Positions 19,401 to 29,600 are shown, counted from the stretch's first letter. The stretch: DNA of 64,000 nt from an uncultured bacterium (GCA_964385615.1 CAYLPP010000004.1:39494-103493); one strand, 5' to 3'. Made by a program: numbers and translations. Notes: a model not told the origin generated them from the letters alone.

Positions 19401-22400
19401 CACTCAATCCGGATGAAATCAGCGATGCGATTGAAAGAATCCCGATTGGTTACATGTATGAAGATACCACGGCGATTGAAAATGAACGGGAAGCCATGAC
19501 CCGAAAAGTAAAGGAATTGTCAAAAACCCATTGGCGCGAAAGGTTTTTTGGAATTGGTTCCAATGATTTGAGCAAGTCGATTAATAAAGACCGCATGGGC
19601 GGAACGATGGCGCTGGATGAGTTGAGTCCTCTCCTCGTTCGGGATATCTGGCTCGCCGCCAAATCGGCTCAAAGAGAAAATATTCCGGTTAACCTGGAAG
19701 GGGAGTTGGGCGGGTCCAAACCGATGGCTTTTATTCTTCTGGCTTTGCAGGAACTCTCTGGAGGGGTGAGGATCACTCCAGTCGCCGCGACCGCGCAAAT
19801 TCCTGAATTGAAGGAGCTGGTTCGTGAGCATGTAGAGATAAGTGATTTTACGGAACCCTTGCGGGGGCAAAAATATTCCTTGGCAGAGCTTTTAGAGAAG
19901 ATCAGGGCTCCTTCTTTTGACTTGAGTCAGTTCCCGCTGGAGGACTGGAAATCAATTTTAAATCAGCTGGTTTCTACCGTAGAGGCCAGAATTTTCGGAA
20001 GCGATGATTTTAATCATTTTGCCCAGCAGATTTCCGACGGAGTTGCTCCGGAAGACGCGGAAATTCAAGCTCCGAAAGAAGCTGGATATTCCCGTGTGGA
20101 AAGTTTGGATGACGGTAGAATCCGGGAGGATAGATTATACGCGGTCGGCGCCTATGCTTTTCATACAACGCCCAACCAAAAAATTATGGTATGGCTCGCG
20201 GCGCATAGAAATGTGCGCGCGGTTTACGGTAAAGGGGACGCCGACCCAATAACCGAGCTTTATGAGTTTAATTTTATCAATATTCTCACGGTCAGAATTC
20301 TCCGCAAGCAGAAAATGTTTTTTAGGGTTGAAGGCCCTGAAGCCGAGGTGAGGGAATTTTATGAATTAATCGATACGATGGTGGAATATGACGGCATGAC
20401 CAGCACATTTTCGCCCGCGTCCGGACGCTCTGAATTAAGAGTGAAGGCCGCTCCTCAGCTTCCCTGGGATGAAATTGAAAAAGCCCAGCAGGATTTTCGC
20501 CTAAGGCTCGCGGATCCGTCTTTAAAAGACGCGGTATTGCGGGAAATTTGGAATAACGTTCTTAACGGTCCGGATGAGCTCACCAGGGCCGCGAGCTATT
20601 ACATTCTCGCGGACTTCTTTACCCAGCCTGATTTATTTGCGGGAATTATCGGGAACAAGGAAAGGCTTTTTACGGGGCGGGTGCTCTTAAGTTCTTATTT
20701 CGACCCTTCAAAAAATATTCGAATGCCTTTAGCCAGCAACAACGCCGCGGAAGAGGTTTATGAGGCGGTCCCGGATAAAGCTTTGCTTGAACTGCTGAAT
20801 CAGACGGACGCTTATCCTTTTTTGAGAGTTAACGGCAAAAATGAATTGGAAACGATTAGCACGGGGGCTGACCCCCGCCTGGGTCCCGGTGCCGTGTTCA
20901 GTCCGGAGCTTCGGGCTTATTTCGCGAAAGAAGCGATTTTGTTCACTCTGTACCGCCGTTTAGCTAACAGTTCCAGCGGAACCCCGAAATTCATTCAATC
21001 TGAAATCGCGGCTGCACAGGCGGACCTTGATAAAGCTCAAACGGCTCATGATCCTTCTATTCTGGAAAATTCAAAATCTCCGATTTTAAGGGCCGTAGGC
21101 GCCGTGCTTTTTGAGTACCTGCGGGACGAGTACGTTGAGAATGGGGTTAAAAATGGACAAAGACTGATCGGCGAAAGTAATTGGGGGATCGCGGGCCGTT
21201 GGCGGTTAAATATGATTCAGGAAATTCTTGGGCCCGCTAACAAGGCCGCCGTGAGAGAAATAGCATGGGCCTATCTGGAATTTATTCGCCAGCACGAAGC
21301 TCATCTGGGGCCCGAGACCAGAGGTTTTGGCAGGGGCCGTTTAAGCCGCTCTGAATTGAGAAATGAAGAGCAGGGTAAATCGTTTGTTGAATTTCAGCGA
21401 TTCAGCCGGCTCCCGCGGATTGAGTCCGCGAAACTGCCGTTAGGATATTATATTCAATCCTCCGGACTCAATATTGCCGTGGTGGATGATCACCATAAAG
21501 TGGTGCCGATTTGGCGGGAAGCCCACGCACGGGGAATTATTCCGAAAAATTCTTCGCTGGTGCATATTGACGCGCACACGGATGATCTCTTTGTGCCGGA
21601 CAGTCTTAACGGTCTTGTTCCGCTCCCCTCGGGGATTTTAGACGGGGCTGTTTTGGCGGACTATTTGGAGCAAGTTAAACGGGGGATCGCGAAATATTAC
21701 CGGATTGGAACTTTTATCGCGCCGGAAGTTTTGGCCGGTCTAATTGATCCTGAAAAATGGTTCTTTATTAACTCGTTATCCAATCTTAGAAGCGGTCCGG
21801 GAAGATTTCAATTTCAATGGCGCGGAATTGGAGGTATCGAGATGCTTACGGCGGCTTATCCTTTCGCGGGTACTTTGGATCGAATTTTTAAGAATAATCA
21901 GCCGGATATCGTGAATTTCGACATTGATGTAATGGGAACGGAGGTTCACGTTTTCCGGAGCCTCTTCCGCGTTAAACTCTTCCGGTTTTTGGGAGATCAA
22001 AAAGCAGATTCAGCCCAGGAAATCCTCGATTTGCTTTCAAGAGATCCGGAACTGAAAGCGAAAGGTTTTAATTTAGCCGGCGGAAGATATTCAGAAATCG
22101 TGGAAGCCTATTTCCGCTCTGACAAGAAAACGCCGGTTTTGATTGAGCTGGAAAAGAGTTTGGCAGTGGAAACCGTTTTAGCTCAATGGTTTCCGGTTTT
22201 GCTTCCGCTTCTCTCTAGAGCTAAGCTGATTACGATTGCGACCAGCCCGGGCTATATCGACCAGGATGACGCTTTAAGAATTGTTAACCGTCTTCTTCCC
22301 GAATTAGAACAGTATAAGATTAGCGGAGTTTTGACCGTGTTTCCAGAAAGGGAGAGAGAGGAAGGCGCGGGAGAACTTCCTTTTGAGCAAAGAGCCCGCG

Positions 22401-23467
22401 CCGCTTTTGAGTCGATTCCCGCGGAAATTCGCTCAAAAATTCCGGATATTACTTTCGCGCAGGCTGAAGAATACGCGCGGAACTCAATTTCCGCGGATGA
22501 ACTGAAAGCAAGAGCGGAGGAAGATTTTTCTGAGGCTTGGCATCTGCCGTACGCGATTGATTTTGCCGGCCGGATTTCGCCCCGGGCTCTGGTTTATGCA
22601 CGGCTTGGAGAATTGTTTTTTAATGGAGGTAAACCGGATTCGGACGCGGCGCTGGCGGTTTTGCTGGGTCTTTACAAACGTAACGATCTTCCGCCGGAGG
22701 AAAAGGAAAATTTGAACCGGTTTGCCGCTTCTTTGGACCGCGAGCGGGATTTACCAGGGATCGTCGCGAAAAGTGTCCGCGATTTTAATCGGGTTATGAA
22801 ACGCTCGGAAATCCGGGTTTCAGGCGCGCAAACTCTTTCCCCGCTGTTTTTTTCCCGTCTGCTGGATTTGAGGTTTGATTTTATTCCGTTTTCCTGGTTT
22901 GAGATTTACGGCAGACAGGAACTTGAAAATACGTTTAACCGCTTGAAGAAAAACAGCCGGGCTCCAGGGGGAGCTTGGGCGCCGTTTACGGCCGATCAGC
23001 GCAATCAGCTGGGCGGTGTTCTGGGGATCCGCGGAAAATCAGAACCGCCGAACGTTCTGATTGTTGACCGCGTGGCGGGTGTGGACCGCGGATTGCTTTC
23101 TGTGCTGGGGGAAGCGGGACAAGGGGTTCGGGTTATTTTAGCGGGAGCTTCTGACGCGGATCGGAAGATTGTGGAAGCTTTGAACCGAGAGTTAAAAGCG
23201 CGGAAAAGGCCGGAAGTGCTTCTAGCCCAAAACGCGGAAGAAGCCCGCCGGATAGCTGATAAAGCGGTGAATGGAAAAGCGGTTATGCGGGCTTATCTGG
23301 ACGCCTCTGAAATTGGAAAATGGGGTGAAGCTTTGAGGAAGCAAAAAGCGGAAGTCGTCCCCATGACTCCGCGGATGTACCAAAATCTGACGGAAGGTTT
23401 TGCCGCCGCGGCTGCCCGGTTGACCGCCTTTTTTGAGATCAGGAAGCGCATCAGCTCTGCAGCATAG
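13448..23467 (+). CDS. Giant multidomain protein (3339 aa), called giant 1 below. Its parts are a signal peptide, a TraB/GumN/Tiki-like N-domain, a GHKL ATPase domain, one hydrophobic helix, an Enzyme-I-like PEP-utilizing module, an arginase-fold-like signature, and a C-terminal domain shared with the next gene.
   Basis: A single uninterrupted 10-kb ORF preceded by a GGAG ribosome-binding site. Details are in the findings. Confidence 0.85.
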   Translation: MPRFLRAAAFTVLPLFIWSQISWANPLLAQSGGEVRLETPQISDFSIPENLGKIQFEHPGSGPAIIHIQTAHGNYGAEQKIRDLLEYLKKRYGFKLLLVEGTASKLEPERLSFFGKEKSLSLETAEKLTREALMKGSELFLMEEPGMEAYGIENREAYVSNGEAFRAVLTEQKASGKFLSGMDEQINRLLAVFTESSFRGFLSEMQRFESGQGSLADWLGYLKSVTAKNSGLNLEDPANQFDWPMLTRFFKLQELEKKYHSGSFREELPGFLARLQGISPELSSQAEKLFSAENMRVHLPYPQTGELFEAIARVLPEDFSIDAYPNVKIRAAFLILQSELSAEMLMRETEKLSELASDGLARTEDQRKIYGFYRDYLLLTKLFALNVTPEEYGLILKRREALNPEALAEEFRRLNSGGRVRDLKFEHLAEICSLFEKSLEFYKGAKERDALMIQGVERRLKETGADKAVVITGGFHAEPFQDYFSSHGFNYARIMPEITVLGGRDAYVEAVLQSQPRLFFASTREVPFAFASPEALLEMDRNAYLGSLDRLVRAELETAEDSGDLKNIEKANSNGRLFGIQYQAGSKNVTVSADGKKFTVPVSLRLNLNQTRLLQRSELRVDVEKLKNAATKDEALRDLLSTLVSGSDDRQRLSAYRILTGVFRRGSHRDEIYQHFTDNDRRKIRELMFHAFFDPDHRIRQDLGYNLYGSLKDLASNDDLMDYLARADVYQPGHLNEAEEFVSWEVSGQEPRLSPEETYSLATQKYMGKEAVLFAISRRIHFSHGNPDEPYFQGKIQEADGDFRAALKWFNPEILQDSKFPIARAIHAALFEFAREEMVENHIPASFLIPDQKTHSVKNWRLEMIRCVMGDAYTPWISAMVSLYASFIAEHQAVLGRESIGLSFQEIRNRKTGTEKPILYGPVKAVLAGDENKLAYIAARSLEHKSSSGADIREGLTVLEGYRELLAENGFDFGDAIRVSIRKMGTLSNLINRNFLSASRDEIMGPLLEIQEDLRRLLELLTAEEPKIRGRSEELMRGSDKRQGARLRKNFEVLTEQTRLLKVYLDDRIAFANKSSEPARTEVVPVLGLIQSRHGQKLVIETSDLSGVSAAISRVRLFSILNNLVSNAIEAQAEYSQEPVTVRVSLEKEGILFEVQDHGPGFPSDYFQPGENGIRLFDLDERKGLGLAEVWATTALASGFLDVISKSGKGSTIGVTIPRSEVRTQTSEAPVIQDLIIPGVSAKTLGVSPLSRIKVWRRKPVRGNPSLVRSNDNLLVVEAKMANELKALDQIWARIVLRLDNPSAEEVEGMRVMAEVIERVKVRIRLEQRKSQEILREIMGFEGSGGISNPKAREIVEKELLPDLEDRDEFLFLSAAEEVKGVSLEKARTAITRRYQTLAMIKLYQIILNLPYGFHTESDDVIQMQRNLAASRKDELEAEVPRILSAIEKGSSPRAAVQESIERIKIRIRDLDREIKETPSSEDRTSLKTLRTIAVEQIGYLEKVGTSYDVYEYLYEPRDPEDVRKEKISNETKRHVQLARTAGDEFPELKRRGWSLKTIWFYVFSSTAWVFGLHFWAVRFFRKNPDFFLNWFNAYIRNEISKGRPVQYAAAKFFYENRELAAKRDSLFWPFLMRYYDLAEYGHARRESGDPVIVFAEEIHDESDYNRLMASSRGHGKIAAIVAPKMEGEMRIPHWFIYAKKENILVLTSLDLRKAGIRLEDLEKADGEEYEGMVDAKRGVLVINPSVETQLEWQSKGETYELQDKYYWSRARKQTIFNLTQIEYLADETSLEAIEWMDGQPSLLYRSGASGVGLFRLEELLTAQMDRAGIERDPARIQAAGSEILGYPEFENGQVFTIRLNDVSVDKRPQFLVDGAKGLRGWDMDEIIRTMSGARFYLNREKYPEFYEFGKMQLKAIFAAHLRKGIRRSGIKILISDVRNASEIEALEALLLDAKKEFIEEVIIGTSADLSARLHYEDMTQLLSTLNPDEISDAIERIPIGYMYEDTTAIENEREAMTRKVKELSKTHWRERFFGIGSNDLSKSINKDRMGGTMALDELSPLLVRDIWLAAKSAQRENIPVNLEGELGGSKPMAFILLALQELSGGVRITPVAATAQIPELKELVREHVEISDFTEPLRGQKYSLAELLEKIRAPSFDLSQFPLEDWKSILNQLVSTVEARIFGSDDFNHFAQQISDGVAPEDAEIQAPKEAGYSRVESLDDGRIREDRLYAVGAYAFHTTPNQKIMVWLAAHRNVRAVYGKGDADPITELYEFNFINILTVRILRKQKMFFRVEGPEAEVREFYELIDTMVEYDGMTSTFSPASGRSELRVKAAPQLPWDEIEKAQQDFRLRLADPSLKDAVLREIWNNVLNGPDELTRAASYYILADFFTQPDLFAGIIGNKERLFTGRVLLSSYFDPSKNIRMPLASNNAAEEVYEAVPDKALLELLNQTDAYPFLRVNGKNELETISTGADPRLGPGAVFSPELRAYFAKEAILFTLYRRLANSSSGTPKFIQSEIAAAQADLDKAQTAHDPSILENSKSPILRAVGAVLFEYLRDEYVENGVKNGQRLIGESNWGIAGRWRLNMIQEILGPANKAAVREIAWAYLEFIRQHEAHLGPETRGFGRGRLSRSELRNEEQGKSFVEFQRFSRLPRIESAKLPLGYYIQSSGLNIAVVDDHHKVVPIWREAHARGIIPKNSSLVHIDAHTDDLFVPDSLNGLVPLPSGILDGAVLADYLEQVKRGIAKYYRIGTFIAPEVLAGLIDPEKWFFINSLSNLRSGPGRFQFQWRGIGGIEMLTAAYPFAGTLDRIFKNNQPDIVNFDIDVMGTEVHVFRSLFRVKLFRFLGDQKADSAQEILDLLSRDPELKAKGFNLAGGRYSEIVEAYFRSDKKTPVLIELEKSLAVETVLAQWFPVLLPLLSRAKLITIATSPGYIDQDDALRIVNRLLPELEQYKISGVLTVFPEREREEGAGELPFEQRARAAFESIPAEIRSKIPDITFAQAEEYARNSISADELKARAEEDFSEAWHLPYAIDFAGRISPRALVYARLGELFFNGGKPDSDAALAVLLGLYKRNDLPPEEKENLNRFAASLDRERDLPGIVAKSVRDFNRVMKRSEIRVSGAQTLSPLFFSRLLDLRFDFIPFSWFEIYGRQELENTFNRLKKNSRAPGGAWAPFTADQRNQLGGVLGIRGKSEPPNVLIVDRVAGVDRGLLSVLGEAGQGVRVILAGASDADRKIVEALNRELKARKRPEVLLAQNAEEARRIADKAVNGKAVMRAYLDASEIGKWGEALRKQKAEVVPMTPRMYQNLTEGFAAAAARLTAFFEIRKRISSAA

Positions 23468-23692
23468 TCTAATGCTTCAAAGCATCTTCTAGCAGAAACT
23501 AACACTGCTAAAAATCGTGAAGTCCATTCAGTCATTCCCAGACTTCATTTGATTTCACCCTTCAGGTTAAATCAGAACTTATTTCAACTGCAAATAGTCC
23601 AGCATAACCCCTTGAAGATAAAAGTTTTTTAATGTAATCTTGCGTAACTTTTTAAAGAAATTGTAAATAAATTTAATTGAAAGAGGCTCTCA

Positions 23693-26600
23693 ATGAAAAA
23701 ACGGGACGGCAGACTCGTAAGGAAAACAAGCGCGGCCATTACGGCCGCGTGTTTTATCGCCCAACAGATTTTTGCACCCGCTGTTTCTTCTGCCTCCGAA
23801 GTTCAGGAAAGCAGTCTCCGAGTTCCCTCAATTGAAATTCCCGCTGAAATAGGTTCCCTTGAAACCTCAGGGATTTTAGAAGATCAAAAGCCCATGATTA
23901 TTCAGGTTCAGGACGCTCACGGAAATTATGACGCTCAGAAAAATATTCAAAAAATTCTCCAGCATCTTACCGCCTATGAAGGCGTCGACCTTGTTTTGCT
24001 CGAAGGCGGAAAAGGCCCGCTTCATCCCGAAATCCTGAATTTTTTACCAAGACGTCCTGATTTGAATCTGGAAATCGCCGACCGTCTGGCTCAGCAATCT
24101 GAACTGAGCGGAGCGGAGATTTTTCTTCTAGACCGGTATTTGGCGGGGAAGACTCTTGCCGCATTTGGGATTGAAAACGCTCCGGCTTACCGGGAGAACC
24201 GTGAAGCTTTTCAAAAAGTTCTGCGCGCCCGGGAGCAAAGCGGAAATTTCTTAAAAGATATGGAAATGCAGATTGACCGCCTGACGGCGCCTCATGTGAA
24301 TCCTCAGCTCAAAAATTTTCTGCGCAGTTATGAAGCTTATGAATCACGGCAGATGGATTTGACGGTATGGCTCCGCCAGCTTGAGGAGCTTTCACGCAAG
24401 CACTTGGGCTTGGACCTGGATTTAGCCGGAAGTCAGAAAGACTGGCCGATGCTCACCCGGTATTCCCGCCTGCGTAAACTCGAACCCAAACTTGATAAAA
24501 CGCGTGTTGAAAACGACAAAACGGCGATGCTTCAAAAACTTAGGTCGCTCAATGTTTCTAAAGCGGTGATTGAGGCTTTTGACAATGCCGTGAATATGGC
24601 CCCGGATAACGGTGTTCAGGCTTCTCAAATTGTGAAAGCTGTTGAGAGTGTGATGGAAGCGGTTCCTTCCGATTTTTCTTTTGAACCCTATGGGTTCCTG
24701 AAAGCTTGGATTCAGTTTGAAGTTTTTCAGCGTGAGCTTAATGGAGAAGCTTTATTCGCGGAGGTCAGCAAACTGGAAGATCTTCTCTCAAATCAGCTGG
24801 CCAGAACCGAAACCGAGAAAAAACTTCTGGCCCTCTTTAAAGATTACCGTGCTCTAAACAAACTTTTCGCTCTCGAACTTACCCGGGAAGATTATCAGAA
24901 TATCCAGCGTTCTGAGGACACGATGACGCCTTCGGCCATCGCCGGACGGTTTTCAGCGGTCAATAAAAACAAGCAGGTCCGCGACACGCAGTTTATTCAT
25001 TTAAAAGAACTCGACGCTCTTTATTCGCTCGCGCTTAATTTTTACCGCGGAGCGCTTGACCGCGATCATTTGATGGCGGACAACATTTTGGAAACTATGC
25101 AGGCGCAGGGGAAGCGCCGGGCGGTTGTTGTGACCGGCGGGTTTCATTCAGAAGGAATGCAGGAATACTTTCAATCCAAGGGTTTTTCTTACGCGCGGAT
25201 CAGCCCGCGAATTCAGGAGCTGGGTGACAACAAAGCTTATATCCGGGCAATGCTGGATGAAGATGTTGAAATTAAAAAATCGCAGGTCGCGGATATCCTG
25301 GTGGAACAATTCGGGGAAGTTCAGCTGGAGCTGGGGAGCGCCAGCCACTTAACCCGCAAGGACGCAGTCATTTACCGGGTCATGCGGGATGTCGTTGAAC
25401 ACGCGGGCGCGCGCTCAGAAATGCGCGGACGGCGTGATTGGATTTACGGTATCGGGCTTGTGACCGCGATCGGTTTAGCGGCTTATGCCGCGTTTAGACC
25501 CTTGCCTGTCAATCCGCCGGCTCAGCAGGATGTGCCTGCAAAAGTCGCGGAGCTAGAACCTAAACCGGTTCAGCAGGAGAAGAAGGTTGAAGAAAAAAAG
25601 CCCGCTCCGATTCCTGAAGTGGTGCCGCTGCCTCAGCCTGAAAAGAAAGCTCCAATTGTTAAAATAGATGAGCCTGTGATTGATAAGGCCGAAACGCTCC
25701 GTGTTTGGGGTAAGCGGGAAGTGCCTAAAATTTCTCCTGAAAAACTCGAGGCTCTTGTCACTTCAGATTTAAACGCGGAACAGATCCGGTATTTGCTGAA
25801 ATACGATAAGCGGTCGAAACAGCTTGAGTCCGCGGGAGCGGGAAAAAACACGGTTTGGAGTATTGAAGCCGGTGTCCGTCATATTACAGAAGCTAAGCTG
25901 AATAAGGCGGAGAAGGCGGAGTTTGAAGCGACGAAAGGCGCGATTGAAGAGTTTTTGAAAGAACTGAAAGAAGACGGCGCTTTTAAAGAAGGGCAGACCG
26001 CTCTGGATCTTTATTACTTTTTCTTCCGCCCGCTTTTTGTGGTGCAGGACCGTCATGGAGCTGCCGCCGCGAAGTGGGTGGTAGAAATGCAGATTGCTTA
26101 CTTTACGGTTAAGAATAATTTTGAGATCAACCTGAAAGGGTTAACTGAAAAATCTTTGAGCGCGACTTATATCCGCACCATTGAGGACTATCTGAATGCT
26201 GATGAGTGGAAAGCTAACGGCGGGGAACGGTTAAAAATCGCGTTCGCGCTTTCTATTTTATACGCGCAGATGGATAATTATAAACAGGTGATTTGGCGTA
26301 ATCACGACTGGTCAAAATTCAAAAGGCTTGAGCTTCCGGCTGAACTCGAACTCTACCGCTTTTACGGCGAAAAAGGGCTCGGCAAAGATGCGTTGGAACG
26401 CATGGAGCTCGAACTTAAAGCTGAAATCCGCGGCCCCAGACCCCTGGGAAAAAATAATGCCTGGAACAACCGCCCGAATCTCCCCCAACGTTATGTCGGC
26501 CTTTACGAAGAAGTTTATTCCAGGACCTGGTATTACTCGACCATGCACCGTGAGCGTTTTTACCGGCCCGGAGATTTCCGCCTCGGAGCGACTCCGAATC

Positions 26601-29600
26601 CCTGGTTCCCGACGCATACGCTGATGTACTTCCATATTTCCAGAATGGATTGGGTCCAGAAACGCGCTTCGGATGTAACGGGTGTGAGCCGTGAACCCTA
26701 TTTCATCGCGCCGGTGGCGATCCAGCTGCCCAGCGACAACATCCGCAAAAACAAATTTCCGATTATTATTCCAGCACGCCCGGACGCTGTCTGGGGCGCG
26801 ATGGGGCTCGGCGATAGAAGCAGTCAGCGGGCTGAAGATATTTTCAGTTTTCATCTTTCCAATCCTTCCGCTTGGAAGCCGGGTGAAAAAGACGAGCTTC
26901 AATATCTCGATCAGGTTTTTGACGCGGCAAAAATGAAAGATTTCAGTAAGCAGTTCCGCGCATTATGGGACAGCGGAAAAGTCCGGAAATTGTATGTCCA
27001 GGATTACGGAGAATTTCTGGTGGATGATTTCCTCAAGAAGTTCATTGACCAGAATTATTTTGACGTTTTCAACGGTCAGCTGAAAGGAAACGAAAAGTAT
27101 TTTGATGATCTCGCGAAGGCTTTGAGGACGCAATATCCGAAACTTCCTTACGATTATCAGGTTTATCTTCAAATTCCTCTCCTTCGCTATGAGGCCGGGA
27201 AAAATCTCAAGCTGGATGATGATTATATGGCGTATCTCCGCGCGGATCTTTACCAGTCCGCGGCTCAGCTTGCCCGGGATATCTATGTCAACAACACGCA
27301 GGCGCTGATCGGCTCAGCTTACCGGCAGGGAATTTATGACACTCCGGGCGTCTTAGCGTATGTTGAACGGCACATTATTTTCCGGCCCATGGTTGAAAAG
27401 CTTCTAGGCCGTGAGCTTGTTCTCTCAGACCCTCACTCGAACGATTCGGGGCGTCTGTCCGCGTTCGTTAATGAAATTTACAAAAGAGATATTGATCCGG
27501 ACATCTGGTATCTGATTACCCGCTATACGCTTGAAGAATCCACGCAAAAAAGTGCGCTGGAATTTTACAACGCCGTGATGGGTACTGAATTAACTTCTTT
27601 GGGGCTTAACGATAAAGACGAAAAACTCGCGGCGGTCCGCTTCGGGGTTCTGCTTTCGTACGCGGCCGAGGACATTCTTCACCCGGGCCGGATGGAGAAA
27701 ATAAAAACGTTCTTAAAAACACCGGCGATGCGCCGTAAAGCTGTCGAGTTTGCCATCCGCACGCGCGGGGCATTTAGAAGTGAGCCTGATCTTACGGGAG
27801 ATGACTTAAAACGCGCCGCTGACGCGCTTGAAAAAGATCTTTTGGAGCAGAAAAACTCAGAAGCCCTTGTGCGCTACACCGGCTACTTGATCGGGCAGGC
27901 CCGGACCGCTGTTTTGAAAGACGTTCTGGATAGCGATGAAAATTTTAAGGAGTGGGTGGAATTGACGGACGCTTTGATTAAGGTTCTTGATCCGCGAGCG
28001 CCTAAAAAACGTTCCGAAGCGCGGGCGGTTTCCCGGGCGCCGGAATCTTTCGAGGCTGATTTTATCGAAGCTTTTTTAAATTCAAAGTTAATGGATTTAA
28101 CGGATCGTGAGAGGGTTGTTTTTACGAGACGGTTCGCCGAAAAGAAAAAGGTGAATGAAATCGCGGCGGAATTGAAAATTGCCGGGCCTGCTGTTTCCAA
28201 GGTTATCGCGAGTCTCCAGCTGAAAACGGATTATTTCTCGGTGAATATTTACGGCAAGCCTTTGCTCGATCCCCGCAAGCTCAATGAGCTCCCCGTGGAA
28301 AGGGTCGGATACCTTGATCAAAAAACCCTGACAGCCTGGAAAGGCAGGGGGATTAATAATTTGAAGGACTTGGTGACACGAATGCCTGAACTTCTGGATG
28401 ATCCCCAGAAAACAGGACCGGCGCTTAAAATAGTTTCCCAATACCTGATCGCTTTGGGAGTGAATCTTAATCTGGGATTGATTATGGATCTTACCCCTGA
28501 AGCTTCGTCCGCGCTGGAAGCTATGACTCTTCAGGAATATTTGGTTCAGGAAAACGCATACCAACTGCTTTTGAGAGTTCAAGCGGTTCAAGACCCTCTG
28601 TTTTTACCGCAAAAGAAACGTGAGGAAAGACCGGGTAAATTAAGACAGCTTGGAGTGAATACGGTCGGCGACCTTCTTAAGGTCGGGCTTGATGCGTTCA
28701 GACAGGCGGGATTTACCTCTTCCGACATTAAGTTAATCGCGGCGGTTTTAAAAGTTCAGCCGGCAGGAACAAGCGCCCGCTCAGAACTCCGCTCGGAAGA
28801 AACGAAACCGGAAGCCCAAGGCAAAGCTGTACCGGTACGGTCCGAAGTTCTTCAAAGAGTCCGGAGTCTCAAGACTGATGAGGTGGAAAAGTTAACGACG
28901 GAAGATCTCGCTGGAATCGTTCGTGAACTTGTGGAGAGCGGAATTTTAAAGGATTACGAAGGGCTTCAAGTGCTGTTAACGTTGTTTTCTGCGGGCCCGG
29001 CGACTGGGAAAGGCGCTTTGATGAGCGCGACTTTTCTGGCTGAAGAAGAAGGAGAAATCGCCCCCTATCAAGATCTGGTGGATAAATTCGTTCTTTTTCA
29101 CACCCGCGCTCCGCGAGTGGATAAAAAAGGAAGATCGGAAAAGAACGGAAGAGCTTACTATTTCGTGAAAACGGAAGATTTAAAACAGTTGGCGGCGGAA
29201 CTTGGCGAAGATGTTCTGGTCGTTCGGGAAATCAACCGGGAAGTTCAGGCGCTCGCGCGTAAAAATTTCACACTGCCTCATGTCGAAGTCGGGGAGGTCA
29301 CCGGTTCTGGACAGCTTCAGCCGGGCGATCTTGTCGTGAGCTTCGATGCTTCCCAGGGGCTTTTAGTCATTCAGCGCGGGGAATTCACGATTCCTCTGAC
29401 GGGGGTGACCATTCCTGAAGGCTCTGCGGGGTATTTTTTAAATGGGGATAAAATTGAAAAAGTTGAAGGGCCGGCGGTCTATGTAAGCCGGCAGATTAAA
29501 GGGATTGAAGAAACGTTTAAGAGCGGAAAGCTGACCATTCTTGAAGGCGGTTATGAATGGTTCAAATGGGTTAAAGAGCATTATCCGGAAGTTCTGACCA

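Noticed and set aside
26312-26902. 196-aa and other 60-165-aa ORFs on the minus strand inside the giant genes, such as 28097-28591 and 17143-17613
   Set aside because: They are antisense shadows of the uninterrupted giant ORFs, with low-complexity Arg/Ser-rich translations typical of antisense frames.
28975-29030. Possible P-loop (FSAGPATGKGALMS) in giant 2, resembling the adenylate-kinase GxPGxGKGT
   Set aside because: The spacing does not fit either the canonical Walker A (GxxxxGK[ST]) or the NMP-kinase loop exactly, and the Ser/Thr after GKG is missing. It is kept only as a weak possibility.
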